A stretch of 64,000 nucleotides of DNA. Source: Macrostomum lignano. Its lineage: Eukaryota. Shown here piece after piece: positions 12,269 to 24,145 of this stretch. Position numbers and translations under genes: made by a program. Each line of letters opens with the position of its first letter. Position 1 is the stretch's first letter. Location: assembly GCA_002269645.1 (NCBI GenBank), contig NIVC01002313.1:120753-184752 (forward strand), written 5' to 3'. The notes under the pieces are model-generated. The model was not told where the DNA came from and ran no database searches. It saw only the letters and a list, made by a program, of their open reading frames with translations.

Positions 12269-12297
12269 CTTTACTACTACCCTTACGAGCGAACTCG
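12269..12297 (-). other. Putative 29-nt non-coding leader exon of the TMEM263-like gene
   Basis: On the minus strand: a pyrimidine tract plus TAG acceptor (12300-12298), then 29 nt ending aaag|GTAAGT donor (12269/12268). The next acceptor, at 9836-9834, leads to the ATG at 9817. Confidence 0.45.
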
Positions 12298-12716
12298 CTA
12301 AGTAATCAAGTAAGGGGAGGGGGATAGAGAGAGAGATAAAGACAGAAGTCTTTCTGTATTTTGCCAGGAAAAAAGTCTAACTGTTTCTGCTGACATGGTC
12401 AACAATGACTTGAATTAAATAAGTAGTCAGACAATTAGGTGCTAATCTCTCTCTCTCTCTCTCTCTATCTCTTTCTCTAGCTTCTGCCCTGTTGACTGAT
12501 TTAATGCAGAATATATAAATAACAAAATAAAGGAAAATTTGAAAACCAAAAACTGCCAATTTATTACAGTGAGTTTGTAGAAGCTTGAAATAAGAGTCAA
12601 TGTTCCTGAATCCCGAATTGATTTTTGCATAAAGTTGGATTATTTTTTCAAGCGGCAATGTAACAGTAGTTCAAGTCACCGCACCAAAACCCAGCAACTT
12701 GTCTTGCACAGGCTGT

Positions 12717-15700
12717 TCACTTCCTGGGCTGGTGAATGTGTTGCGCCGGCGGCGCGTGCGACTTCTCGTGAGTCGGCTGCGGCTTCTCGTGAAAAGATTT
12801 CACGGCGGCCGGCGTGAACGCCTTGTTTTCAGAGACCACGGCTCCAGAGATGATCTGGCCCTGGGTTAAAAAATTACTAACATTTTATTGGGACGTTTCG
12901 GGATTGTAAAGCTTGGGGATTGTGAAGCTTGGGGGATTGTGAAGTCTGGGATTGTGAAGCTTGGGGATTGTGAAGCTTGGGAATTGTAAAGCTTGGGGAT
13001 TGTAAAGCTTGGGGATTGTAAAGCTTGGGGATTGTGAATCTTTGGGATTGTGAAGCTTGGGAATTGTGAATCTTTGGGATTGTGAAGCTTGGGAATTGTG
13101 AAGCTTGGGGATTGTGAAGCTTGGGAATTGTGAAGCTTGGGGATTGTGAAGCTTGGGAATTGTGAATCTTTGGGATTGTGAAGCTTGGGAATTGTGAATC
13201 TTTGGGATTGTGAAGCTTGGGAATTGTGAAGCTTGGGGATAGTAAAGCTTGGAGGATAGTAAAGCTTGGGGATTGTGAAGCTTGGGAATCGTGAAGCTTG
13301 GGGATAGTAAAACTTGGGGGATAGTAAAGCTTGGGGATTGTGAAGCTTGGGGGATAGTAAAGCTTGGAGGATAGTAAAGCTTGGGGATTGTGAAGCTTGG
13401 GAATCGTGAAGCTTGGGGATAGTAAAACTTGGGGGATAGTAAAGCTTGGGGATTGTGAAGCTTGGGGGATAGTAAAGCTTGGGGATTGTGAAGCTTGGGG
13501 ATTGTGAAGCTTCTTACTTGTTTAGGCTGTTCAGCCACTTCGCCAGAGTTGGACTCGCCCTCTTGCTCCTTTTTATCGTCGCCAGAAGCGGCCGCCTGTG
13601 GCTCCTGGGCAGCTTTCTCGCTGTTGCTAGAGTTGCGGCTGCGATTGCCAGGAACCCGCATGTTGCCAATTTTAACTAGGGGCAGTGGAGCAAGGAATAT
13701 GAAAGTCAGTCTTGTAATTTATATCGCTTTGTAAATTTCTAGGGTATGTTTGCCATCGAGATAATATCTATGATACAGTTAGCAAATTAGATTATTAACA
13801 ACTTTTCCTGTATAAGTTTATCTTAGCATAGAAAATCAAAAGCAAAGAAAAATAAAGAATTTTAACAACCTATAAACACAAAGATACTTTAAATTTTTAA
13901 TTGACTACTATATACCGATTGGCAATATATATTTAGAAAAACATTTTAGATTAAAAAAATCAATCTGCACCCTCCATAAGGTAGGTAGCAAAGAAAAAAA
14001 TTAATAAACTACATGTAAGTTTTTAATTTTTATGATTTAAGCTTCTTAGCAATTTTATGATAGATCATAGATGATAGATCATAGATGATAGATCAACACT
14101 TGTACTTGTTAAAATGTACAATGTATTATAAGCTCGTACTTGCACATACTGGTATTCTGCATGTGTGTACATTAATGTTCAGTGGGGGTATTTTTTATTC
14201 ACTGCCTTTAGTAGACCAATCCATTGAGCATTTTCTTTGCCTGAATAAAAAAAACTGCTCTTTACTGCCTGTAAGAGTTCAGCTCATGATTTAGTTGTGG
14301 TCCAAAAGTTCTAGTCCAACTAGGGCTATGTGATTCTATTTATTGATTTAATGATGTACATTATTTTGATGAATGGGGAGCATGGGGTAAGGGCTATTGA
14401 ACTGTGAATGTATATGAGCTATTGGATATCTAGGTGCATATATAGGTAAAAAATTGATTGAATATTGATTTCCTTAAAATACATAGCTTGTGCATCATTT
14501 GCAAAAATGAGGTCTGCTAATGTCAGCAAGGTTTGCAGTGCGATGGCTGCCATTGTTTGCAAAATTACACATGCAACAGCAACTGCAATATCCTGCAGCA
14601 AAAGGACTCTGCCAATGATAATGCTCCGGAGCAGGATGCAGATCAAAAACCATCAATGGAGGTAATTTTTGATGATGAGGATGTCATGCTCACGCAAGGT
14701 GAGGATGTGAATGAGGATGAGGATAGGAATGATGTCAGTCAGGATGGTATGCCAATGGATGCTAGCATTAACATTTGAGATCTAGCTACTTTAGTGATCA
14801 CAGCACATGAAGTTTCAGATTTTGAGTTGATTCTTGATGGCTTAAACAAGAAGGATGTTAAAATTGTTGACAGTCAGTACAGCTTTGGTGTATCCCCGAC
14901 ATGGTGACAATGCACATTGGCAGTGCTCATAGTGCAAAGCACACAGTGGCACCACAGTGATTCAGAAAGGCAACATTTCAAAAAGGCCACAGTCACCACA
15001 TCTACCTTCCAATTAATAGGCCAACAGAGAGGAAGTTAAAGTAGCATGTTAAAACTCAGGTGCAACAAAAGCTGTTTCTGCTCAAATCTGTTGGTGCCTC
15101 ACATTGCACAAGACAAGTTGCTGCAAGTGCTTAATGACTTTCAAGGTGCTTTAAAAATGCCAAGTCCTGACAACCTTGCACAGGTTGCCAACTGAGACTA
15201 TTTCAAAGACTACCCAGAAAAGCCAGATACAATTAACTTTGACATTGACATGAATGCCATTCTTAACAACTTTCTCCATAGTGACATTCATGTGAATGGC
15301 CATTGCCACATCATATTTGCAAAAGATGACATGCTATTGCTGCTGACATGAGCCAAATGGTAGTATATAAATGGTATTTTCAATGTTAACCAATAGCCAG
15401 TGCTGCCACTCAAAACAAAATTATTTTTTGTGCAGGGTAAAAAATTGTGCAGGTAGAAACCTAAGCTGATTATTGTTAGTAAAATGAAGAAACAAATGAA
15501 GAAATTCAGTCCAGCATCCTTTTTTTCTTGTCCTAATTTTTCTTAGTCACAAATTTAAAAACTTTCAAATCCTTAAAAACTTTCCTAAATTGAATCAAAG
15601 GATAAATCAATTGCTTAATGCTTGAAAATGAACAAAATAGTATAAAATTGTGTTTTTAATTTTAAGTGCAAACAAAAAGCAGCAATAGCTGACAAGTGAA

Positions 15701-18700
15701 ATATCAATGTATCATCATTTAAAGTGGACTTGGACATTTTGCTTCTGCCAGATTGTCAACAATCCAAAAATGTCTAATTTGTGCAGAAATTTAGGGTCTA
15801 GCACATTTTTTGCATATTTGCGCTGTGCAACTGTGGCAACACTGCCAATAGCCATTCTAGCAGCTTTATTAAATCCATGCATTTGTCTATAACAGAGATA
15901 TGATATGAAACAAGTACCTCTTGCCTTCTTGGAAGAAGCTGCAAAGATAATAAGCAAGTACTTTAGATAAGAAATTACATTATCAAATTAAGCACTTAAG
16001 GCCATTGTCTTCCATGCAGAACCTAAGGGCTTCATTTTCAAATTTGAGGCCACCATTTGAAAAGCCAACTTAATTGTCTTTCTATAAACATCAATTTGTA
16101 GATATGTCTTATACTATAGGCAGGCTATTTGGCACTACAATTAGTAGCTAGGCTTGCAGACAACATACTGTGATGATGGAACTGAAAAAAGACATTATTG
16201 TGCATATAAACTTTCATTTATACACTGATAATAGATGGGTAAAGCATGTTGTTTTAAACATTTTTAATGTATAAGCAATCTGCCTTGCCATTTTACATTC
16301 AATTGTTCTACTCTTCTCTTTTGCATTGCTATATATCTACTAGCCCCTGTGTGTTTTAATGCACTGTCTCTGACTGACTCACTATCTGTAATACCTAGGA
16401 TACATATACACTGCGATGTTTTTTATGCATGTTGCTCAACTCAGTGAAAGAGGATACCACTGCCACTTAAAAAATTTTAGTAGAGCAAAATTGTTCTAGC
16501 AATTTTGCATGCCCATAATGGACCAGCTAGTATCAATAACTTTCAAGTGCCAACTATCAAAACATGTCGAAATCGAAATCGAAATTTTCCGAAATCGTAA
16601 TTCAGAAAAACAAAGTTTAGTACAACCGACACTCACTTTTCTACTTTCGATTTACTGCTCATGCAAAACAAAATACATGTATGTTTAGCAGAAGTTCATT
16701 TATTTTCGGCCACTAAATAAGTAGAATCCCTCATTGCCACTTTTAAATGCAAAATTTTTTTTTCGACGCGAAAACTACATATACTGTAAATGTGTTAAAT
16801 AATTTATTTGAACTAGTGCCTTTAAAAGAAACACTAAGGCGCGTATATTGCATTACTAGACAGTATTAAAGCACGGCAGCAAAGCACGCATTTTCCCTGC
16901 TAGACAAAACAAATTTCTCTGCCTTTATTCATCTAGGTGGTAGGGTATAGGGTGTATACTGAGTTGTACATGTATAAAATGTATAGTTAAAATGTACATG
17001 TATCAGTACTGCATGACTAGCAATAACTGAGATCGTGTAAACGATAATGCATGTACATGTACGGTAAATGTACATATATATACTGTAAAATGCGAAAAAT
17101 ATGCAATATATCAGCAGACACTTTTGCAGCTTTAAAGTGCAACAAAATTTACGAAAATTTACAGTTCCACATATACAAACTACCATGTTACATGTCCTAC
17201 ATGCATGGAACAGTTTTAACAAATTCAAAAAGTTTTACATGTAAAAACTGTATAATATCACCAATAAAAGACAGTAACGAAGTTCTAAAAAAACTAAAAT
17301 CAGATAAAAATTTTGGAAGTAGGCACTTCCGAAATTTTGACTTCCGAATTTTTTCGAAATCGAAATTTGCTCTAAAAAAATCCGAATTTCGGAAAATCGA
17401 AATCGAAATCGAAATTTCGGAACATCTCTATGCAACACTAAGGAAAGAGCCTTAGATAATAGGGACAACAAAATCATGGCACTGCAAAAGGACACCAGCA
17501 CTTTGAATGACCAAAACTTTCAAGCATGAGTTGACTAACTGCTTGAGATGGCTACTAGCAGCTATATTGCAACCTACTTCACTCATATCTACCTTTACTC
17601 TAGACACTAAAACAGTTAAAACAGCAGTATTTTATATATTTGTCAGGTCATTTGGACTAATAATGACTTTGAGCCCTATAGGAAAAAGTTGTAAAACTGT
17701 GGATGGTGTCCAATGCACTTTTGAAATTTTTCTAGTGTAGTGTGCACACAGGCGCGCAGCACTTGTAGCGCATAGTGTGCTGTCTATTTCTGCTGGTTGC
17801 TGCTCTAGCAAATAAATATACATGAAAGAGGGTCTAATACCTTTGTGAAAGGGGCCTACACACTTGTAATTTTTTGTATAATGCTTAGAGATGTTCCAAA
17901 ATTTCAATTTTGATTTTTCAAAATTTGGAATTTTTAAGAGTGAATTTTGATTACAAAAAAAGTTTATAAGAGTGGCTAAAAAAACTAATTTGTGCTATAG
18001 ATACATGTATTTTGTTTTGCATAAGCAGTAAATCAAGAGTAAAAAAGTGAGTTTTGGTCACCATGAACTTTGTTTTTCTGAAATTTGATTTTGACAGAAA
18101 ATGATTTCTAAAAATCCTAAAGCATGGTAAAAAAATTTGACTCTTTTTCTAAAGTGCACGTCTGCAAGTTTTTAACATTTATTCTAGTAGGGACTTAGAG
18201 AGCTGTCATTATATGCTAAAATATAAAGCTTAGCAAGGGAAATTTTAGTTCTATTTGCTTATCAACAAGCTCTTTTTCAATATAGCACACCAAATACTGA
18301 GGTCTATAAGGCTAATACTTCAAATACTAGAAATAATTTAGGCATAGCAACTGCTTAGTAAATGGTTTATTAAAAGCAGTGACTAAAATAAATGGACCCC
18401 ATTGAACTATACAAATACATTAGTATACATGCGTATAGAATACCAATACAAGTCTAATGCATTTTAACTAGAAAAATTGAAGCATATTCCTAGTTAAGTT
18501 CTTAATCCAACTGTGAATATTTAGTATTGAAATAAGAATGAGATAAACTAAGAATGAGATTACAGCCTAGTTAAAAAATTAAAGTGATAGTCACAATTTA
18601 AGCAAAAACTAATGACATTATTGTTTACCTTATTACATATACAAAAATAAGTAGTTATGGCTTATATAATTATAAGACCATGTCAATTCAATTGTGAAAA

Positions 18701-19806
18701 ATATACTTTGTGCAACACCAACTACAATAAATCAACTTGGATGTCTTAACATATTTTTCTATGACAGTATATAACTATGGTAAACTAATAGTAAGTCTAT
18801 AATTTATAACTATAAAAATAGGCCATAGTCAGGAAAGTAGTAGATTTCACGCAAAAATGCGGCGTATACAGGGGATTTTTGGTGTACATGGCACAAATGG
18901 CACAGAAGAAAATTTATTGTGTACTATGTGTGCACATACAATGCACAGAGTGTCTTACCTGGTGCAGTCTATACTGTATTAACTTTTTAGTTCACATGTA
19001 AAAGATGAAACACAATGACAAACTTGCTTTTTTCAATTTAAAATGGCACAAAAAGGTTTTTAAAATATGGTACCATTATATGTGTAGGCCTACCTAAAAA
19101 ATATTATAACAATTATTATTTTTTTAAACTCAAAACAAAAAATTAAAAAACATGTAAAATTATATAGGCCCTACATAAATACGTAAATTTTTTAGCACAC
19201 GGCACACAGTTAAAAAAATTATGAAAGATTTATTGTGGCACACACGGTGCACCTTCTTGACCATGGAAAATGGGTTGCTTTCATAAGACCAAAATTTCAC
19301 AATGCCAAAAAGCACTACCCTTTACAAGATCAAAACTTTATAAGACCAAATTTTCATAATGCCAAAAACTGCTGCACTATGGGGAAAACTGTTTTCCCCA
19401 AATTTGTCTATGTTAAATTTCTGTTGCCAAATTTGTTTGTTGCCGAATTTGCATGCATCCCATTTTTCTATTAATTCTTATGCCAAGTATTTACACCAAG
19501 CCTAATTTTTGTCTCGAATTACACCAGAGATTTTTGGCGTAACTGTAACAAAATGGACTATGGCAACCTTAATAATTTATTAAACATGCTTTAGCCTTTA
19601 GGTCAATTTATAGGTCTATAAGACATAGCGAGTGAATTTTAGTTTTATAGATGCCTATTATACCAGTTGTGCACTATGAAGGTCACTTCGATAGGCGGCA
19701 TAAGCCTAGTCTAGCATTAATACTTAGCCTAATTAGGCTTTAAGTACTGCCGTTGCGTCTTACCAGCTGGAGGATGTCCCGCCTTCATTTCTTCGACGTC
19801 ACTCAT
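12717..19806 (-). CDS. DAP: Death-associated protein 1 (DAP/DAPL1 family), 114 aa; exons 19806-19764, 13675-13518, 12860-12717
   Basis: Spliced product: MSDVEEMKAGHPPAVKIGNMRVPGNRS...QPKQGQIISGAVVSENKAFTPAAVKSFHEKPQPTHEKSHAPPAQHIHQPRK*. The KAGHPPAVKxGxMR and HIxQPRK* motifs are diagnostic. All junctions are GT-AG with matching phases (1, then 0); 43+158+144=345 nt. Minus-strand AATAAA at 12565-12560. Confidence 0.92.
12895..13512. repeat. 16-17-bp minisatellite (GGGATTGTGAAGCTTG/GGGATAGTAAAGCTTG) filling DAP intron 2
   Basis: Starts about 6 nt after the donor and ends about 35 nt before the acceptor. Confidence 0.93.
14780..16260 (+). mobile_element. Decayed Mutator-like (MULE) transposase fossil in DAP intron 1
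   Basis: Broken + strand translations: KIVDSQYSFGVSPTW*QCT...KGHSHH (FLYWCH-like), HIIFAKDDMLLLLT*AKW*YINGIFNV, MKQVPLAF, and QAIWHYN**LGLQTTY. These resemble MULE transposase motifs, with many stops and frameshifts. TIRs were not located. Confidence 0.55.
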
Positions 19807-20337
19807 TACGTAAATAATTCACAGGGTTATTCTCAACGAGATAACAATGTCAAGAATTAAAATATCGACGAAGTGCTTATGAATTTGTATTGTAAGCAAG
19901 TTGAAATTCTCCTTAAGTTGGTCCAATTACTTTTCTACAACGACCATAATTTGAACAATCACGTGTCTTTTTAATTTATCATTTACGATTGATTAACGTT
20001 AAACAAATTTTATATTTTTAAAAGTCCCACTTACTTAATCTAACAAGTTTTTAACGACTTGTTTTTAAAAAATCTGTTTTTATTTTATTTTTAGCTTAGT
20101 AAAGTGTTTCATTACGTATTTTCTATTTCGTTCAATAATAGATTTTCTTTGAAAACGACTTCGTTTTCGAAACTTATGTAGGCTTCTGTAGGCTATTCTA
20201 GAACCAGAATAATATCGATTCCAGAACCAGAATCGGTAGGAAAATGAAAAGCTTCGAACTCATTTTATGTTTGTCAGTCTTTACAGTTTAATTTTCTCTT
20301 TCCTTGAATTTGTTTTCCTTTGGATATGACAAAAAAC

Positions 20338-20846
20338 ACGTATGCGACTTTGGTTCCGCGCGATAAAAACCGCGTCAAATACCGCGTTGATATGTGTTGC
20401 ACATTTCAATGCGGAATTCAATGCGGAATTTTCCGCGAAAAACTAATCGAGCGTTAATGAATACATTCTAAACAAACTTAACCATATCTATTTTCATTTC
20501 TTTATTGATAATTAATATTCTTGGGCCCATTCAATGTGGAATTCAATGCAGGATTTTCCGCACTAAACTCAACTTGAGTTCTTAAGCCTATTCAATGCAT
20601 TGAATTCCGCATTGAAATGTGCAACACAAGGTGACTCATGACTGCATTGAATTAATAATCTTTAAAAACAGATGAGCTTTTCTCAGATTAGTCCATAAGA
20701 AAAGCTCAACAGATGAGCTTTTTCCAGGCTAGATGAGAGATTTTTTAAGCTTTTTCCTAGTCTAGCCTACTGCCGTCGGTTGGCAACACATATATCAATG
20801 CAGTATTTGATGTGGTTTTTACCGCGCGGAACCAAAGTTGCATACG
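20338..20846. mobile_element. MITE-like element with ~63-bp terminal inverted repeats and an internal inverted pair
   Basis: 20338-20400 is the imperfect reverse complement of 20783-20846. Internally, 20396-20425 is inverted relative to about 20597-20628. Confidence 0.6.
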
Positions 20847-21709
20847 TCAAAAAATGGAGAAATTTTATTCTAGGGTTTTTTCTGCCAAAAAATGTGGATC
20901 CAAGCTTGCATCTCAAGCTTAAAAAATGGATGCAAATATGAAAACCAGAATGCAACTTGCATCTAGGTCTAAATTTAGGGAAAGTATTCAATGAAGATTC
21001 AAAAAAGTATTGAAACAATATATTTATGCTTGATGTTTTGTTTGTTTGCTAAAAAATGACTTGCATGCATCTTGATTTTAAAAGATGCAGATGGACAAGT
21101 TGCATCCAGTGCCAGAAAAGTTGAGTGCAAATCCAGATTTCAGGGTGTAAATTATACCCTATTTGCATAAAAATTAAAAGCCCTGATTTATATACCAATA
21201 ATAAAAAATTGACAATTTCTAATATATTTTACTGTTAAAGTATAAACATGACAATGGATCAAGAAAATTTCTTGATCCAAATTCTAGAACCAGAACGCAG
21301 TTCTGGAACCAATTCTGAAAATGGAACAGACAATATGAAAAGCTTTGAACCAAAAGAGTTTTGCTACTATGCCTATAGCAATCATCACTGTTGATAATCA
21401 AGGTAGGGTAACGCATTGTCTATATAGTAAAAAAAACTTTTTAATTTCTTCACTAAAAACGTAGCTTATCTTATCTACAACCTGTGCTATGCCTGTGATG
21501 TCTGTGCTTAGTTGAAATTTAAAAAAATATTCTGCTTTTTGTGCCAGAAATTAGAAATTAGATAAAATTAATTAGACCTATAGGTAGTAATACCTGCTAT
21601 AAAGGGAAGTGTTTTTTGTTTTACTAATCTAATTTCACTAACAAAATGTGTCTTCTCTGAGACTTGAAGCTAGGTCATATCCCACCCCAATCATAGCTAA
21701 TACACACAT

Positions 21710-21866
21710 GCGCAACCTTGGGAATCACTCAGCCGTTTTATTGGCAACATACACATGTAAGTTGAGCTATTGGCTAAGAGCAGTCACGTGACTACTATTC
21801 CGTCCAATAGCAACTTACATGTGTGTGTTGTCAATAGAAACAGCCGGGTAAATCCCTAGGTTGCGC
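21710..21866. other. ~157-bp imperfect palindrome centred on GTCACGTGAC, with CCAAT boxes in both arms
   Basis: TATTGGCAACATACACATGTAAGTTGAGCTATTGG pairs with CCAATAGCAACTTACATGTGTGTGTTGTCAATA. Outer arms are GCGCAACCTTGGG and CCCTAGGTTGCGC. Centre at 21783-21792. Confidence 0.75.
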
Positions 21867-23851
21867 CCACGCATGAGCTAGGCCCTAGTTTTCTGAGGCA
21901 GCCCCTCTCATTTACTGCATCGAATTTGGCCATAGACAGTTTATGCATGCAAGAAAAATCAATAAAAATTTAAGCTGAATGCTATTTTTAGTTTAAATTT
22001 TAGCTTGTGTAAGTCTATGACTGACCTTTCTCTACTTAATTATCCATATCTCTTGAAGCAGATATTAAAATCTCTTGCTCATTTTATGGTGTGGAAACTG
22101 CTAGAAAACTAGAATAAGCCCCCATCTAGGTAGTTTAGTCAGCCAACCCTTTATATGGGGCAGCATCATAATATATAGTGACTAGCCAGGAGTCCAAGAC
22201 TGCCAAGTGGATGCCTGAGGTTTGCCTTAGATATTATCACATGCCAAGGCTACTATTAACACTTCAACCTTACTCCTAATTGCATGCTTTGACCCATGCA
22301 AATTTAATCCCCATTCTACAATGACACATCTCTGCACACCAGACTGAGCCTCCAAGTACTCTGACTGAAGCTAGCTTCCTAGACTTGATTGGTATACCCA
22401 TCTTCTTAAGCTACTTATCAGTCTTTTTCTTACAATACCCCTTCCAATTCCACACCAAACTGACATAAAAACAAGGCAAAACAAATAAAAAAACATTTTC
22501 TCAAGAATGCACTATTTGACCAAAATTAAGAGTAAATAAAAAATCTGTTTGTCCTTTATAAAAGCAATAACAACTATTGTGGTTACATTTTTGGCTAATC
22601 ATTATAAGTAAAAAAAGAGAAATGGTTTATTTTTTAGATAATATGCAATGATTTGCAGATATATTTTCAATGGGAAGTCTGCTAAAAGTCCATTAGCATG
22701 TTCTGGTGCTAGACAATTTGTAGTACATTTGCATTGCTTTGTGTGTACTTTAAACAAAAATGGAAAAAAATGGGTTGACATAATCCAATATGAAAATTAA
22801 AACCTACCAAAACTTGTTGCATTGAACAAACCATGAAACTAGTGAATATGCAAAAACCAAAATGACTAGGGCTGTTAGCAGCCTAATGAGATTCTCAATG
22901 CCACTCAATGAAACAAAATGAGATTATTTCTTGGTACTGCAAGGTGCTTATATAGTGTTCATTGCTGATTGAAATGCCACATATGGCCCAGTTAGCACAT
23001 TGATCTGGTTGGTCTATTTCCTTAATATGATAATGATTCTCTGCTGAATCATTACTTTGTTTTGAATGTGACTTGGGCAAAATATTCCATTCATAAACTT
23101 CATAGCAAACAGTAATTTAAGTGATTCTATAGAGTGCATAGTGTCTTATGTGATCAATAACAAGGGAGAAAAGACATAAACACTGACATGTATACTGGCA
23201 CTGGCAATAGGCAAACTGTTTAATTATGTGCATTCGGACTAGGCGAGATGATAAGGAAAGCTATAAAACCCACTTAAAGAAGATGGTGTAGTGGATTTGA
23301 ATTAGCCTCTAGCCCAAAAAGCCAAAAACAGACTAATTAAAGTTAAGACAAGATACTTAGAAGGAATAGAATGATGCATAAACTCATAACAAACCAGAAT
23401 GGTATAGAGTGGCTGTGACTAGCAGCCTAGTAAATGAAAGAAATCTGGATTTAAGGACAAGCCATAATAAGTGGATGCTGGAATGGCAGAGAATGACTGG
23501 CCAAGTCTAAGTATTGTCTAAAATATTGAAATGCACTCTGATTTAAGATAATTTTTTACTTCAAGTATAGCTGTAGCAACAGCTTCTATTTATCAAAAAT
23601 TTATCTGTAAATGATGGTTTTTTATTCCAATTTTGTTAATTTAGACATTTTTATTTTTTGAAGAAAAAATGCAAAAATTGTATTAAAAGAAGTTAATCAA
23701 AATATATTTGCTGAAATTATTTGTCTTTTACTGATTGAAGTTGTGGGTGTTACTTTAGCACATAGATTTCCTACTGGCATCACAAAATCTCATTTCAGTC
23801 AGTCTAACAGGTTCAGCACTAGTAAAAATCAATCAATCAATTTTATTGAAC

Positions 23852-24145
23852 ATGTCTTCAAGCGACAGCAATGCCCCTGACATTTGGCGCGAACTGGCCC
23901 TGCTAGGCGCTTTAGAAGGCAAGCCTGAGAGTCTCCAGATGTACAAACTGCTCACTGGCCTGTCTATTGGCCAACACCTGTATAATCAGGTGTCTGGACA
24001 GGCTGAGCTGGCCGCTCTGAGGCAGAAAGTTGTGCTCAACATTGTTGATTATATTAAGAAGCATCCGAAACCAAGCGAAGACGAACTGGCCAAGGTTGTG
24101 CTCAAAGAAGTGGAGGCTTTCACCAAGGCTGTAGAGAAACTCTGA
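23852..24145 (+). CDS. Uncharacterised 97-aa helical protein (MSSSDSNAPDIWRELALLGALEGKP...AVEKL)
   Basis: A GC-elevated open frame in an AT-rich surround, with an upstream acceptor ctaacAG| at 23809-23810, good ATG context and AATAAA at 24245-24250. No family recognised. Confidence 0.7.
   Translation: MSSSDSNAPDIWRELALLGALEGKPESLQMYKLLTGLSIGQHLYNQVSGQAELAALRQKVVLNIVDYIKKHPKPSEDELAKVVLKEVEAFTKAVEKL

Noticed and set aside
12885-13661. 258-aa ORF as a single protein
   Set aside because: Only 13675-13518 is exon (DAP exon 2); the rest is read-through into the intronic array past a GTAAG donor.
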